From: Betaproteobacteria bacterium
GTDB taxonomy: Bacteria; Pseudomonadota; Gammaproteobacteria; Burkholderiales; UBA3065
Direction: 5' to 3'
Length of the DNA: 64,000 nucleotides
NCBI GenBank assembly: GCA_027490755.1
Contig: JAIXXL010000021.1
Span: 25,675-89,674 of the forward strand
Positions 40,636 through 51,246 of this stretch are shown here, one piece after another. Numbering within the stretch: the first letter of the stretch is position 1; each line of letters opens with the position of its first letter. The translations under genes were made by a program, and so were the position numbers. The notes beneath the pieces were generated by a model. It ran no database searches. It worked only from the letters and a program-made list of their open reading frames with translations, and was not told the origin of the DNA.

Positions 40636-41541
40636 ATGACCGGCAACGCGGCACGTGGACCAGCGGGTGGCGAGGGAGCGGGCCAGCTCCCGATCGCCAC
40701 CCTGGCCGCAACGGCGGCGGCAGATGCCGTGCGTGCCCTCGCCGAGGACATCGGCAGCGGCGACGTGACCGCGCGCCTGGTGCCGGCCGACGCCGTGGCG
40801 CGCGCGCGACTGGTCTGCCGTGACGCCGCAGTGGTGTGCGGCCAGCCCTGGGCCGAGGCGGTGCTGGCTGCGGTCGATCCGCGCCTCTCGTTCAAGTGGA
40901 GGGTGGAGGAGGGTGCTGGCGTGGCCCCCGGTACCGTGATCGCCGAATTCGAGGGCCCCGCGGCGGGCCTGCTGACCGCCGAGCGCACCATGCTCAACTT
41001 CCTGCAGACGCTGTCGGCCATCGCCACCCGCACGCGGATCTTTGTGGATGCCGTCTCGCACACCCGTGCCCGCATCTGCGACACCCGCAAGACGCTGCCG
41101 GGCCTGCGACTGGCCAGCAAGTACGCGGTACGCGTGGGCGGCGGCCACAACCAGCGCATTGGTTTGAGTGATGGCGTACTCATCAAAGAGAATCACATCC
41201 GCGCCTGCGGCGGCATCGCGCAGGCGGTCGCCGCGGTACACTGCACTGCAGCAAATGTCCCGTTGCAGGTCGAAGTGACCACGCTGGACGAATTGCGGCA
41301 GGCGCTTGGCGCAGGCGTGTCGAGGGTCCTGCTCGACAACTTCAGCCTGGAGGCGCTGCGTGTCGCAGTGCAACAGGCTGGTGATGTTGCTGAGCTTGAG
41401 GCGTCTGGCGGTGTTAATCTGGACACTGTCCGAAATATCGCTGAGACGGGTGTTCACCGGATCTCGGTCGGCTCGCTGACCAAAGACCTCGTGGCCACTG
41501 ATCTGTCGTTGCAGTTCTGGCCGTGGCCGGAAGCGGGTTGA
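40636..41541 (+). CDS. nadC: Nicotinate-nucleotide pyrophosphorylase (quinolinate phosphoribosyltransferase)
   Basis: 'LLTAERTMLNFLQTLSAIAT', 'DTRKTLPGLRLASKYAVRVGGGHNQRIGLSDGVLIKENH', 'LEASGGVNLDTV'. Confidence 0.88.
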   Translation: MTGNAARGPAGGEGAGQLPIATLAATAAADAVRALAEDIGSGDVTARLVPADAVARARLVCRDAAVVCGQPWAEAVLAAVDPRLSFKWRVEEGAGVAPGTVIAEFEGPAAGLLTAERTMLNFLQTLSAIATRTRIFVDAVSHTRARICDTRKTLPGLRLASKYAVRVGGGHNQRIGLSDGVLIKENHIRACGGIAQAVAAVHCTAANVPLQVEVTTLDELRQALGAGVSRVLLDNFSLEALRVAVQQAGDVAELEASGGVNLDTVRNIAETGVHRISVGSLTKDLVATDLSLQFWPWPEAG

Positions 41542-41607
41542 TAGCGCAAACACGCGCGCCCCGGTCCGGGTCCCGGCGAATGTCTTCAAATCGCAGAGGG
41601 ATTCACC

Positions 41608-42027
41608 ATGGGTACCACGCAACTTTTCATCATCGGCAGGACCAAGGCGGGCAAGCAGTTCCGTCCCAGCGACTGGGCCGAGCGGCTGTGCAGCCAGACC
41701 GCCACCTTTTGCAGCAAGGCGCGGATGACCTATTCACCTCACATGAAGCCAGTGGTGGTGGAGGGCTTCCGCAGCGTGCTGGTCAGCGGTGAGTTCGAGC
41801 AGGCCGATCCGCGCGCCTGGCAGTTCGTCCTGGCTTTCGCCCGCGACAACGACCTTGAGGTGCGTACCGAGGCCGTCTGCGAGGAAGCGCCCCCGGTCGA
41901 GGTCGGCGCCGACGAGCCCGACCTGCCGTGGCCGGTCGCGGTCGAGGAGGTGCCCTACGGCGCCATGCTCGCTTCTATCTACGCGCAGCGCGACTCGCTG
42001 GACGGTGGCTCGGGCAGCAGCCCCTGA
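41608..42027 (+). CDS. DUF3579-like conserved hypothetical protein
   Basis: 139 aa, 'FIIGRTKAGKQFRPSDWAERLC...TYSPHMKPV'. RBS 'agaggg'. This ORF type recurs beside rpsT/murJ in betaproteobacteria (recollection, not searched). Confidence 0.6.
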   Translation: MGTTQLFIIGRTKAGKQFRPSDWAERLCSQTATFCSKARMTYSPHMKPVVVEGFRSVLVSGEFEQADPRAWQFVLAFARDNDLEVRTEAVCEEAPPVEVGADEPDLPWPVAVEEVPYGAMLASIYAQRDSLDGGSGSSP

Positions 42028-42050
42028 TTTGTGCTGTTCCGCTGGTACCA

Positions 42051-42076
42051 AGCCGCTCGATGGGCGGCTTTTTTAC
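42051..42076 (+). terminator. Rho-independent terminator
   Basis: 'agccgctcgatgggcggctttttt'. Confidence 0.6.
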
Positions 42077-42112
42077 GTCGGTTTGGATGGCTCGGCTGGC
42101 GGTGGCGGCAAC

Positions 42113-42140
42113 AAAAAAGCCGCCCTCGGGCGGCTTTTTG
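42113..42140 (-). terminator. Rho-independent terminator of rpsT (bidirectional hairpin)
   Basis: 'aaaaaagccgccctcgggcggcttttt', 30 nt beyond the rpsT stop. Confidence 0.65.
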
Positions 42141-42171
42141 CGACCCACCGGCAGAGCCGGCGGGGGCGGAC

Positions 42172-42435
42172 TCAGGCCATGGCCTTGATCGCGGCCGACA
42201 GGCGGCTCTTGTGGCGCGCGGCCTTGTTCTTGTGATAGATCTTCTTGTCGGCGATGCTGTCGAGCGTGCTCACTGCGGTCTGGAAGACGGCGCGGGCAGC
42301 TGCCTTGTCACCGGTCTCGATCGCGGCACGCACGCGCTTGATCGCGGTGCGGAACTCGGAGCGGAGGCTGGCGTTGTGCTCGCGCTGGGCGTCGTTCTGG
42401 CGGGCGCGCTTGCGGGCTTGTACGGTATTGGCCAT
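42172..42435 (-). CDS. rpsT: 30S ribosomal protein S20
   Basis: Start at ATG 42435: '[35 protein letters not shown]'. Confidence 0.93.
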   Translation of the reverse strand: MANTVQARKRARQNDAQREHNASLRSEFRTAIKRVRAAIETGDKAAARAVFQTAVSTLDSIADKKIYHKNKAARHKSRLSAAIKAMA

Positions 42436-42504
42436 TTGTGCGGATATCCTTGCTGTTTCTGCTTTATCGGCGGGCCTGCCAACGGCGGGCCGGAAAAACC
42501 CGCG

Positions 42505-42533
42505 ATAATACGCGCCGTCATGGCTGGTGGCAA
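42505..42533 (-). promoter_or_regulatory. Candidate sigma-70 promoter of rpsT
   Basis: The minus strand reads 'TTGCCA'-N17-'TATTAT'. It lies about 70 nt upstream of the rpsT ATG and directly abuts the divergent murJ start. Confidence 0.5.
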
Positions 42534-42539
42534 GCACGC

Positions 42540-44078
42540 ATGAACCTTCTGAAGGCCCTGTTCACCGTCAGCAGCATGACGCTGCTGTCGCGCGTACTCG
42601 GCTTCGTCCGCGATGCCGTGATCGCCCGTGTGTTCGGCGCTGGCGCCGTCACCGATGCCTTCTTTGTTGCCTTCAGGCTGCCCAATCTGTTGCGCCGCAT
42701 GTTCGCCGAGGGCGCCTTCTCTCAGGCCTTCGTGCCCATCTTCGCCGAGGTGCGCAACCGTCAGGGTGAGGATGCCGCCCGCGCACTCGCCGTGCGCTGC
42801 GCTGGTGCCCTGGGCCTGATGCTGCTGCTGGTGACGCTGCTCGGGGTTCTTCTGGCACCGGTGGTGGTGATGGTCACGGCGCCGGGGTTTGCCGCAGACC
42901 CGGCCACCTTCGACCTGACCGTCGACCTGCTGCGGGTGACCTTCCCCTACATCCTGTTCATCTCGCTCACCGCGCTCGCCGCCGGCATCCTCAACAGCCA
43001 CGGCCGTTTCAGCATCCCGGCGCTGGCGCCGGCGTTGCTCAACGTCTGCTTCATCGTCGCCGCGCTGTTCGTCGCGCCGCATCTGGAGCAGCCGGTCATG
43101 GCGCTGGCCTGGGGCGCGCTGGTCGGTGGCGTGCTCCAGCTCGGCCTGCAGTGGCCGGTGCTGCGCCGCATCGGCTACGCGCTCATGCCGCGCCTCGACC
43201 TCGCTGACGCGGGCGTGCGACGGGTGGCGAAGCAGATGGGGCCGGCTCTTTTTGGCGTTTCCATCGGCCAGATCTCGCTCGTCATCAACACCATCTTTGC
43301 CAGCTTCCTGGCGGTAGGCAGCGTGTCCTGGCTCTACTACGCCGACCGCCTGATGGAGTTTCCCACCGGCCTGCTAGGCGCGGCGCTGGGCACCATCCTG
43401 CTGCCATCGCTGGCTCGTCACTACGCCGACGACGACCGCGAGGCCTTCTCGACGCTGCTCGACTGGGGGCTGCGGCTGACCATCCTGCTGGCCGCGCCGT
43501 CGGCGCTGGGCTTGGCCCTGCTCGCCACGCCTCTGGTGGCCACGCTGTTTCTGCACGGCGCCTTCACTGCGCACGACATGGAGATGACGCGTCAGGCGCT
43601 GTGGGCCTACAGCGCCGGACTGGTCGGGCTGATCATGGTCAAGGTGCTGGCCCCGGGCTTCTACGCCCGGCAGAACATCCGCACGCCGGTGAAGATCGGC
43701 CTCGCCACGCTGGGGGTCACGCAGGCGCTCAACCTGGTGCTGGTGGTGCCGCTGGGCCACGCCGGTCTGGCGCTGGGCATCGGGCTGGGTGCCTGCTTCA
43801 ACGCGGCGCTGCTGCTGTACTTCCTGCGCCGTCACGGCATCTACCAGCCGGAGCCACGCTGGGGCCGTTTCGCGTTGCAACTTTTGGCCGGCCTGCTGGC
43901 GATGGGCGCGTTCCTGTTCACCCTCTCGCCGCCCGCAGCCGACTGGGTCGCGATGGACCTGTTCGAGCGGGTACGCAGCCTCGCCGGGTTGGTCGGCGGT
44001 GGCGTGGTGGTGTACTTCGCGACGCTGTATGCCGCCGGCATCCGTCCGATGCAGTATGTGCGCCGCGGCGCCGTGTGA
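42540..44078 (+). CDS. murJ: Lipid II flippase MurJ (MviN)
   Basis: Start at ATG 42540: '[64 protein letters not shown]'. Confidence 0.9.
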   Translation: MNLLKALFTVSSMTLLSRVLGFVRDAVIARVFGAGAVTDAFFVAFRLPNLLRRMFAEGAFSQAFVPIFAEVRNRQGEDAARALAVRCAGALGLMLLLVTLLGVLLAPVVVMVTAPGFAADPATFDLTVDLLRVTFPYILFISLTALAAGILNSHGRFSIPALAPALLNVCFIVAALFVAPHLEQPVMALAWGALVGGVLQLGLQWPVLRRIGYALMPRLDLADAGVRRVAKQMGPALFGVSIGQISLVINTIFASFLAVGSVSWLYYADRLMEFPTGLLGAALGTILLPSLARHYADDDREAFSTLLDWGLRLTILLAAPSALGLALLATPLVATLFLHGAFTAHDMEMTRQALWAYSAGLVGLIMVKVLAPGFYARQNIRTPVKIGLATLGVTQALNLVLVVPLGHAGLALGIGLGACFNAALLLYFLRRHGIYQPEPRWGRFALQLLAGLLAMGAFLFTLSPPAADWVAMDLFERVRSLAGLVGGGVVVYFATLYAAGIRPMQYVRRGAV

Positions 44079-44091
44079 GAGACTCGCGGCC

Positions 44092-44931
44092 ATGGCAAAC
44101 AAGACCGGGATCGACCTTTACTCGCCGGCCGAGATCGTCGACAAGTTGGAGAATGTCGGGGTGGTCAAGGCCAACCTCGCGTTCCGCTCGATGGCCATGC
44201 TGGGCCTGCTGGCCGGTGCTTTCATTGGTTTCGGCGGTCTCTTCTTCGTCCTGATGACCAGCGACCCGGGCGTACCCTGGGCGATGTCTCGTCTGGTGGG
44301 TGGCGTGGCCTTTTCGCTCGGCCTGATCCTGGTAGTGGTGGCCGGCGCCGAACTCTTCACCGGCAATACCTTCCTCGTCATGGCCTGGGCCGAGGGGCGC
44401 ATCAGCCTCGGCCTGCTGTTGCGCAACTGGGCCATCGTCTACGGCGCCAACGTGGTCGGTGCGCTCGCCATGGTCTTGCTGGTTTGGGCCTCGCACCACC
44501 CCGAGATGAACCACGGCGCCATCGCCGATAACTATGTGCGCATCGCCACGGCCAAGGTATCGGCGCCGTTCAGCGCGATCTTCGTCAAGGGCCTGCTGTG
44601 CAACGCGCTGGTCTGCCTGGCGGTGTGGCTGGCCTACGCCGGGCGCACGGTGACCGACAAGATCCTCGCTATCCTCTTCCCGGTCTCGGCATTCGTTGCG
44701 GCTGGCTTCGAGCACTGCATCGCCAACTTCTACCTCATCCCCATGGGTCTGCTGCTGCACCTGGTCGACGGCGTGACGCCCGAGGGCGTGGCGGTCGGCG
44801 CGCTGACCATCCCGGCGGCCGCCACCAACATCCTCGCCGCCACGCTCGGCAACATCGTCGGCGGCAGCGTCATGGTGGCCGGCGTCTACTACGTGACCTT
44901 CCGCGGCGCGCCCCGCCTGCCGCGTGGCTGA
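44092..44931 (+). CDS. Formate/nitrite transporter (FNT) family channel
   Basis: ATG 44092. 'AELFTGN' and 'FEHCIANF' are the two FNT signature blocks. Six TM segments. Confidence 0.85.
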   Translation: MANKTGIDLYSPAEIVDKLENVGVVKANLAFRSMAMLGLLAGAFIGFGGLFFVLMTSDPGVPWAMSRLVGGVAFSLGLILVVVAGAELFTGNTFLVMAWAEGRISLGLLLRNWAIVYGANVVGALAMVLLVWASHHPEMNHGAIADNYVRIATAKVSAPFSAIFVKGLLCNALVCLAVWLAYAGRTVTDKILAILFPVSAFVAAGFEHCIANFYLIPMGLLLHLVDGVTPEGVAVGALTIPAAATNILAATLGNIVGGSVMVAGVYYVTFRGAPRLPRG

Positions 44932-46876
44932 GTCGGGCGCCGGCATCTCCCGCGAGATCGCCGGCGTCTTTGCACCCGAGGGCCCGCTCGGCGCGCGCAT
45001 CCCTGGCTTCAACGCCCGCCCGCAGCAGGTCGAGATGGCGCATGCGGTGATGGACGCCATCGACGACAACGGCGTGCTGGTGGCAGAGGCCGAGACCGGC
45101 ACCGGCAAGACTTTCGCCTATCTGGTCCCGGCGCTGCTCTCCGGTGGCAAGGTGATCGTCTCCACCGGCACGCGTGCGCTGCAGGACCAGCTGTACCAGC
45201 GCGATCTGCCGGCGGTGCGTGACGCGCTCGGCCGCCCGGTCACCATGGCGCTGCTCAAGGGCCGCTCCAACTACGTCTGCCACCACCACCTGCGGCGCAC
45301 GCTGGCCGAGGGGCTGCTGGATTTTGCCGAGCAGGTGCCGCAGCTGCGCGCCATCGAGCGCTTCGCCGCGCGCAACGCCAGCGGTGACCGTGCCTTGCTG
45401 GCCGAGGTGCCGGAGGACGCGCCGGTCTGGCAGAAGGTCACCTCCACCCGCGAGAACTGCCTGGGCAACCGTTGCGAGGACCACGAGCGTTGTTTTGTCT
45501 TGAACGCTCGCAGGAACGCGCTCAAGGCCGACGTCGTGGTGGTCAATCACCACCTGTTCTTCGCCGACATCCTGCTCAAGGACGAGGGCGGTGGCGAGTT
45601 GCTGCCGTCCTGCAACACCGTGATCTTCGACGAGGCGCACCAGCTGCCGGAGACGGCGACGCTGTTCTTCGGCGCCAACCGTTCCACTGCGCAGTTGCTG
45701 GAGGCCGCGCGCGAGGTGCGTGCGGAGTTGCGCGTGCTGGGCGATGACGACCCGGTACTCAAGGCCGCCACGCTGGCGCTGGAGCCCGCATGCAAGCGGC
45801 TGCGCAACCTGCTGGGCGAGGCCGGGCAACGGCTGACCCGCGGTCAGGCGCTGGATGTCGGCGGTTTTGGCGCCGCGCTGGATGCCCTGGTCGACGCGCA
45901 GCAGGCCATCTCCGACCGGCTTGCCGCGGTGGCCACGCGCAGCGAGACGCTGACCCGCTGCAACGAGGTGGCGCTGGCCAGCGCCACCGAGCTCGAGACC
46001 TGGCGGGCGGGCCAGGGCGCCGACCGCGTGTTCTGGCTGGAGTGCGCGGCGCAGTCGGTGCGCCTGCACCGCTCGCCGCTGTCGGTCGCGCCGCTGATGG
46101 CCGAGACGCTACAGAACAACCGTCGCGGCTGGGTCTTCACCTCGGCCACGCTGTCGGCCGGTGGCGACTTCCGCCTGTTCCGCGAGCAGATGGGGCTGGT
46201 CGATGCCGTCGAGCGGCACTGGGACAGCCCCTTCGACTACGCCACCCAGGCCCGGCTGTACGTGCCGCCGGGTCTGCCGGAGCCCGCATCGCGCGACTAC
46301 AACGCCGCGGTGATCGACACCCTGCGCGACTTGCTGCCGGTCAGCCGCGGCCGCGCCTTCGGCCTGTTCACCAGCCTGCGCGCGCTGCGCGAGGCGGCCG
46401 CAGCGTTGCGGCGACCGGGGGCGACGCGCTACCCGGTGCTGGTGCAGGGCGACGCCCCCCGCCACGAGTTGCTGGAGCGTTTCAAGCAGCTCGGCAACGC
46501 CGTGCTGCTAGGGAGCATGTCGTTCTGGGAGGGTGTCGACGTGCGTGGCGAGGCGCTCTCGCTGGTGCTGATAGACCGGCTGCCGTTCGCGCCGCCCGAC
46601 GACCCGGTGCTGGCCGCGCGCCTCGAGCAGGTCCGCCAGTCGGGCGGCAACCCTTTCAACGACTGGCAGGTACCGCAGGCGGCGATCCTGCTGCGCCAAG
46701 GTGCCGGTCGGCTGATCCGCGATGCATCAGACCGCGGCGTGCTGGTCATCTGCGACCCGCGCCTGCTCGGCAAGCCCTACGGACGAAAGTTGCGCGAGGC
46801 ATTGCCACCGATGCCGCTGGTGCGCGACATCGATGAGGTGCGTCAATTCTTTGCTGCGCTGGATTCCGCAGCATGA
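44924..46876 (+). CDS. DinG/YoaA-family ATP-dependent DNA helicase
   Basis: GTG start overlapping the FNT stop. 'VAEAETGTGKTFAYLVPAL', 'IFDEAHQLPE', Fe-S cysteines 'CHHH...C..C..C', 'LLGSMSFWEGVDVRGEALSLVLIDRLPF'. Confidence 0.85.
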   Translation: MAESGAGISREIAGVFAPEGPLGARIPGFNARPQQVEMAHAVMDAIDDNGVLVAEAETGTGKTFAYLVPALLSGGKVIVSTGTRALQDQLYQRDLPAVRDALGRPVTMALLKGRSNYVCHHHLRRTLAEGLLDFAEQVPQLRAIERFAARNASGDRALLAEVPEDAPVWQKVTSTRENCLGNRCEDHERCFVLNARRNALKADVVVVNHHLFFADILLKDEGGGELLPSCNTVIFDEAHQLPETATLFFGANRSTAQLLEAAREVRAELRVLGDDDPVLKAATLALEPACKRLRNLLGEAGQRLTRGQALDVGGFGAALDALVDAQQAISDRLAAVATRSETLTRCNEVALASATELETWRAGQGADRVFWLECAAQSVRLHRSPLSVAPLMAETLQNNRRGWVFTSATLSAGGDFRLFREQMGLVDAVERHWDSPFDYATQARLYVPPGLPEPASRDYNAAVIDTLRDLLPVSRGRAFGLFTSLRALREAAAALRRPGATRYPVLVQGDAPRHELLERFKQLGNAVLLGSMSFWEGVDVRGEALSLVLIDRLPFAPPDDPVLAARLEQVRQSGGNPFNDWQVPQAAILLRQGAGRLIRDASDRGVLVICDPRLLGKPYGRKLREALPPMPLVRDIDEVRQFFAALDSAA

Positions 46877-46913
46877 CCGGCATAGGCTGACAAGCTTGCC
46901 CCAGGAGAACCCA

Positions 46914-47471
46914 ATGGACCCGATCCCCGGCGAAGTCGTCGGACTGCTGAAAGAGGTGCGTGCGCATCTGGCGAATTCCGGTGACCCATGGGAGCGCCGG
47001 CGCGAACTGATTGTCGCCATCAACCAGTTCGTCGAGGGCGGTGAGGCCGACCTGTTTGTCGGCACGGTGCGCGAGATGAGCCGCATCGGCGCCACCTACA
47101 CCAACCTGATCCAGACCTTGGCGCAGATGAATACCGGGCCCGACGCCGCAGCCCGCCTCAGCCAACTGATGGCTGGGACGATGCCCACCGCGGCTTTCCT
47201 GATGCCGGGGGCATTCAATCCGGCCACGGCGTTTGGCATGGGCAACGCGGCCATGTCCAACGCCGCGCAGCAGGCTTTCTCCAACCCGTTCATGGGCGGT
47301 CAGGCTGGGTCCAACGGCGCCCCGCCGCCCATCCCCGGGATGGACTACTTCCGCATGGTCACCGACTTCCTCAACGCGCAGGCCACCAGCTTCAAGGCAG
47401 CCAGCGGAGCGGCCGGGAACAGCGCCGCCGCCCCCGCTGCCGAGCAGGGCGGAGAATCCGCGCGGCCCTGA
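46914..47471 (+). CDS. Hypothetical protein with Met/Ala/Gly/Asn-rich low-complexity C-terminal half
   Basis: ATG 46914 after 'caggagaac'. 185 aa, with G/C-rich third codon positions like its neighbours. No recognisable motif. Confidence 0.5.
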   Translation: MDPIPGEVVGLLKEVRAHLANSGDPWERRRELIVAINQFVEGGEADLFVGTVREMSRIGATYTNLIQTLAQMNTGPDAAARLSQLMAGTMPTAAFLMPGAFNPATAFGMGNAAMSNAAQQAFSNPFMGGQAGSNGAPPPIPGMDYFRMVTDFLNAQATSFKAASGAAGNSAAAPAAEQGGESARP

Positions 47472-47480
47472 GGGTTGGGT

Positions 47481-48638
47481 TCAGCCGGCCAGGTGCGTCA
47501 GGGTCTCGGCGTAGACGGCCGAAAGCGGTTCCAGCTCGTCCACTGCGACGCATTCGTTGATCTTGTGGATGGTCCCATTGGGCGGACCGAACTCGATCAC
47601 CTGCGGGCACCACTTGGCAATAAAGCGCCCGTCTGACGTGCCGCCCGTGGTGGATAGCTCGGTGTCGAGCCCCGTGACACCGCGGATCGCGCCGCGGATG
47701 GCATCGACCAGGCTGCCGGCCGGCGTCACGAAAGGCGCACCGGGGCGCGCCCAGGCCAGCGTGTAGTCCAGGCCGTGGCTGCGCAGGATCACATCGACCC
47801 GATCCTTGAGTTCGTCGGCCGTCACTGCTGTGCTGTGGCGGAAGTTGAAGTCGATCGACACCTCGCCGGGGATGACGTTGTTGGCCCCGGTGCCACCGTG
47901 GATATTGCTGATCTGCCAGGTGGTCTTGGGGAAGTGGGCGTTGCCCTCGTCCCAGATTTCCCTCGCCAATTGTGCGATCGCCGGCGCGACCTCGTGGATC
48001 GGGTTGCGCGCCAGGTGCGGGTAGGCGATGTGGCCCTGGATGCCGCGCACCGTCAGGCGTGCCGAAAGTGATCCGCGGCGGCCGTTCTTGATGGTGTCGC
48101 CCAGGCGTGCTGAGCAGGTCGGCTCGCCGATGATGCAGTGATCGGCCTTGACACCACGCGCCTGCAGCGCCTGCACCACCTTCTCGGTGCCGTCGACGGC
48201 GTCGCCTTCTTCATCGGACGTCAGCAGCAGCGCGATCGAGCCGCGCGGGCCCGGGTTGGCCGCGTAGAAGCGCTCCAGCCCGGTGACGAAGGCCGCAAGA
48301 CCCGCCTTCATGTCGGCAGCGCCACGTCCGTAGAGCAGGCCGTCGCGCACCGTCGGCTCGAACGGCGCGCTGGTCCACTGCTCAAGCGGGCCGGTCGGCA
48401 CCACGTCGGTGTGGCCGGCCAGTACCGTGAGTGTTGCGGCATCGCCGGCGCCATGGCCATCGCGCACCGCCCAGAGGTTGTCGACGCGGCCGAAGCGCAT
48501 GCGCTCAAGCCGGAAGCCGAGTGGTTCCAGGCGCGCCGAGAGCAGGTCCAGGCAACCGGCATCGTCCGGCGTGATCGAAGGCCGTCGGATCAGGTCCTCG
48601 AGCAGGGACTGGGTGGGCGTGCTCACGGTCAAGGTCAC
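47481..48638 (-). CDS. dapE: Succinyl-diaminopimelate desuccinylase
   Basis: GTG start at 48638 ('[29 protein letters not shown]'). '[11 protein letters not shown]', '[10 protein letters not shown]', 'TSDEEG'. The upstream part of the track ORF overlaps the arsC-like gene. Confidence 0.9.
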   Translation of the reverse strand: MTLTVSTPTQSLLEDLIRRPSITPDDAGCLDLLSARLEPLGFRLERMRFGRVDNLWAVRDGHGAGDAATLTVLAGHTDVVPTGPLEQWTSAPFEPTVRDGLLYGRGAADMKAGLAAFVTGLERFYAANPGPRGSIALLLTSDEEGDAVDGTEKVVQALQARGVKADHCIIGEPTCSARLGDTIKNGRRGSLSARLTVRGIQGHIAYPHLARNPIHEVAPAIAQLAREIWDEGNAHFPKTTWQISNIHGGTGANNVIPGEVSIDFNFRHSTAVTADELKDRVDVILRSHGLDYTLAWARPGAPFVTPAGSLVDAIRGAIRGVTGLDTELSTTGGTSDGRFIAKWCPQVIEFGPPNGTIHKINECVAVDELEPLSAVYAETLTHLAG

Positions 48639-48982
48639 ACCCCGAACAGCGCGGCGTAGCGCTTTTCCGAAAAGCCCAGCTCGATCTGGCCGTCCTTCTC
48701 CAGCACCGGTCGCTTGATCAGCGAGGGCTTCTCCATCATCAGCTCGATGGCCTGCTCGGGGCTGGTCACGGCCTCCTTGCGCTCGGCCGGCAGCGCCCGC
48801 CAGGTCAGCCCGGCGCGGTTGCACAGCCGCTCCCAAGGCACCTGCGCCAGCCACACCTCCAGCTGCTCGCGCGTCACCCCCTGCGACTTGAAGTCATGGA
48901 AGTCGTAGGCCTGGCCGCTGGCATCCAGCCAGGCGCGCGCCTTCTGCACCGTGCCGCACTTCTCGAGTCCGTACATCCTCAT
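48635..48982 (-). CDS. ArsC/Spx-family reductase-like protein (YffB type)
   Basis: 115 aa, '[19 protein letters not shown]...IKRPVLE'. Its stop overlaps the dapE GTG (gtga). Confidence 0.8.
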   Translation of the reverse strand: MRMYGLEKCGTVQKARAWLDASGQAYDFHDFKSQGVTREQLEVWLAQVPWERLCNRAGLTWRALPAERKEAVTSPEQAIELMMEKPSLIKRPVLEKDGQIELGFSEKRYAALFGV

Positions 48983-49073
48983 GGCCTGCTCCTCCTTGTG
49001 AGCCGGGGCCCGCAGTCGCGGACCCGCAGCAGCACGGGTTCCGTTGCTACGGACCCGCGCGCCGGCTCCAGGT

Positions 49074-49895
49074 TCAGACGCCGCGCAGCAGTTCGTTGAT
49101 GCTGGTCTTGGCGCGCGTCTTGGCGTCGACCTTTTTGACGATGACCGCGCAGTAGAGGCTGCAGGTGCCGTCGGAGGAGGGCAGGTTGCCGCTGACCACC
49201 ACCGAGCCGGCCGGGATGCGGCCGTAGCTGACCTCGCCGGTCTCGCGGTCGTAGATCTTGGTCGATTGGCCGATGTAGACGCCCATCGAGATGACCGAGC
49301 CCTCTTCGACGATCACGCCCTCGACCACTTCCGAGCGGGCGCCGATGAAGCAGTTGTCCTCGATGATCGTGGGGTTGGCCTGCACCGGCTCCAGCACGCC
49401 GCCGATGCCGACGCCGCCAGAGAGGTGCACGTTCTTGCCGATCTGCGCGCACGAACCCACGGTGGCCCAGGTGTCGACCATGGTGCCCTCGTCCACGTAG
49501 GCGCCGATGTTCACGTAGCTGGGCATCAGCACCACGTTCTTGCCGATGAATGCGCCACGGCGCACGGCAGCGGGCGGCACGACGCGGAAGCCACCGTCGC
49601 GGAAGTCGCGGCTGGAGTAGTCGGCGAACTTGCTCGGCACCTTGTCGAAGTAGTTGGTGTAGCCGCCGCGGGTGAACTGGTTGTCCTCCAGCCGGAAGGA
49701 CAGCAGCACGGCCTTCTTCAGCCACTGGTGGGTGTTCCACTGGCCATCGATCTTCTCGGCGACGCGCAGCTTGCCGCTGTCGATGTCGGCCAGAACGTGG
49801 TCGACCGCCTCACGCAGTTGCGAGTCGGCGTTGCGGGGGGTGATGTCGGCGCGGCGCTCGAAGGCCGCTTCGATGAGTTGCTTGACGTCTGACAT
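49074..49895 (-). CDS. dapD: 2,3,4,5-tetrahydropyridine-2,6-dicarboxylate N-succinyltransferase
   Basis: 273 aa, '[18 protein letters not shown]' and hexapeptide repeats '[47 protein letters not shown]'. Confidence 0.93.
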   Translation of the reverse strand: MSDVKQLIEAAFERRADITPRNADSQLREAVDHVLADIDSGKLRVAEKIDGQWNTHQWLKKAVLLSFRLEDNQFTRGGYTNYFDKVPSKFADYSSRDFRDGGFRVVPPAAVRRGAFIGKNVVLMPSYVNIGAYVDEGTMVDTWATVGSCAQIGKNVHLSGGVGIGGVLEPVQANPTIIEDNCFIGARSEVVEGVIVEEGSVISMGVYIGQSTKIYDRETGEVSYGRIPAGSVVVSGNLPSSDGTCSLYCAVIVKKVDAKTRAKTSINELLRGV

Positions 49896-49940
49896 GTGGG
49901 GCTCCTTGGGGATCGTGTTGTTCGGTGAGGGTGTTCAGGT

Positions 49941-51185
49941 TCAGGCGCCAAGACGCTGCCAGTGGCGGGCGATGCGGTGGGCGCCTTCGACACACTGCTC
50001 GAAGGGTGCCACCAGCGCGATACGGGCGTAGTTTGCGCCGGGGTTGATGCCGTGCGCCTCCCGTGCCAGGTAGCTGCCGGGCAGCAGCAGCACGTTCTCT
50101 TCCGCCAGCAGCGTCTTCACAAAGGTCTCGTCATCAACCGGCGTCGGTAGCCACAGATAGAAGCCGGCGTCCGGCCGCTCCACGCCAGTCACCGGGCCGA
50201 GGATGGGCAGCAGGGCGTCGAACTTGGCCTTGTACAGCGCGCGGTTCTCGCGCACGTGAGCCTCGTCGTGCCAGGCCGCCACGCTGGCAGCCGCCACCGC
50301 CTCGCTCATGGCGCAGCCGTGGTAGGTCCGGTAGAGCAGGAACTTCTTGATCAGCTCGTCTTCGCCGATGACATAGCCGGACCGCAGGCCCGGCGCGTTG
50401 GAGCGCTTGGACAGCGAGCCGAACACCAGCAGCTTGCGGTAGTCGCTGCGGCCCAGCTCCTGAGCTGCCTGCAGCGCACCCAGCGGCGGGTGCGCCTCGT
50501 CGAAGTAGATCTCCGAGTAGCACTCGTCGGAGGCGATGACGAAGCCGTAGCGGTCGGCGAGTGCGAACAGTGTCCGCCAGAAGTCGAGGCCTAGCACGGC
50601 GCCGGTGGGGTTGCCGGGTGAGCAGATGTAGAAGAGCTGGGTGCGCGCCCAGATGGCATCCGGCACGCTGCCGAGGTCTGGCACGTAGCCTGAGGCCGAG
50701 ACCGTGTTCAGGTAATAGGGCTCGGCGCCAGCCAGCAGGGCCGCACCTTCGTAGATCTGATAGAACGGGTTGGGCGAGATGACCACCGGCCGCACGCCGC
50801 CCTCGGGCGCTGGCCGCACCACCGCCTGCGCGATGGCGAACAGCGCCTCGCGGCTGCCGTTGACCGGGATCACCTGGCTGCCGATGTCCAACGCCGGCAG
50901 GCCATACCGGCGCTGCGCCCAGTCGGCGATAGCTTGGCGCAGGCTGGCCGGGCCTTGCGTGGTCGGGTAATTGGAAAGACTGCCCAGCCCCGCAGTCAAC
51001 GCCTCGCCTATGAGTGCCGGCGTGGCGTGGCGCGGCTCGCCGATGGACAGGTTGACGCGCGGCAGGTCGCTGCGTTCGGGGATGCCGGCCACCAGCGCCG
51101 AGAGCTTCTGGAACGGGTAGGTCTGAAGGGTGTCTAGGCGAGGGTTCAAAAACGTGTCCAGGTTGGGGCCGTGCCCGGGCTTCAC
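49941..51185 (-). CDS. dapC: Succinyldiaminopimelate aminotransferase (class I PLP aminotransferase)
   Basis: 'NPRLDTLQTYPFQKL', 'SPGNPTG', 'SLSKRSNAPGLRSG' (PLP Lys). A TTG at 51149 giving 'MNPRLD...' is a likely alternative start. Confidence 0.85.
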   Translation of the reverse strand: MKPGHGPNLDTFLNPRLDTLQTYPFQKLSALVAGIPERSDLPRVNLSIGEPRHATPALIGEALTAGLGSLSNYPTTQGPASLRQAIADWAQRRYGLPALDIGSQVIPVNGSREALFAIAQAVVRPAPEGGVRPVVISPNPFYQIYEGAALLAGAEPYYLNTVSASGYVPDLGSVPDAIWARTQLFYICSPGNPTGAVLGLDFWRTLFALADRYGFVIASDECYSEIYFDEAHPPLGALQAAQELGRSDYRKLLVFGSLSKRSNAPGLRSGYVIGEDELIKKFLLYRTYHGCAMSEAVAAASVAAWHDEAHVRENRALYKAKFDALLPILGPVTGVERPDAGFYLWLPTPVDDETFVKTLLAEENVLLLPGSYLAREAHGINPGANYARIALVAPFEQCVEGAHRIARHWQRLGA

Positions 51186-51246
51186 TCGTGATAGGGTCGG
51201 CGCGGTCCGGCCACCGGGGTGGGCCGGAGATTATAGGGGGGCGGGA

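Noticed and set aside
43789-44091. 5' extension of the FNT-channel ORF overlapping murJ
   Set aside because: It is out of frame within murJ. The FNT N-terminus 'MANKTGIDLYSPAEIV' starts at 44092.
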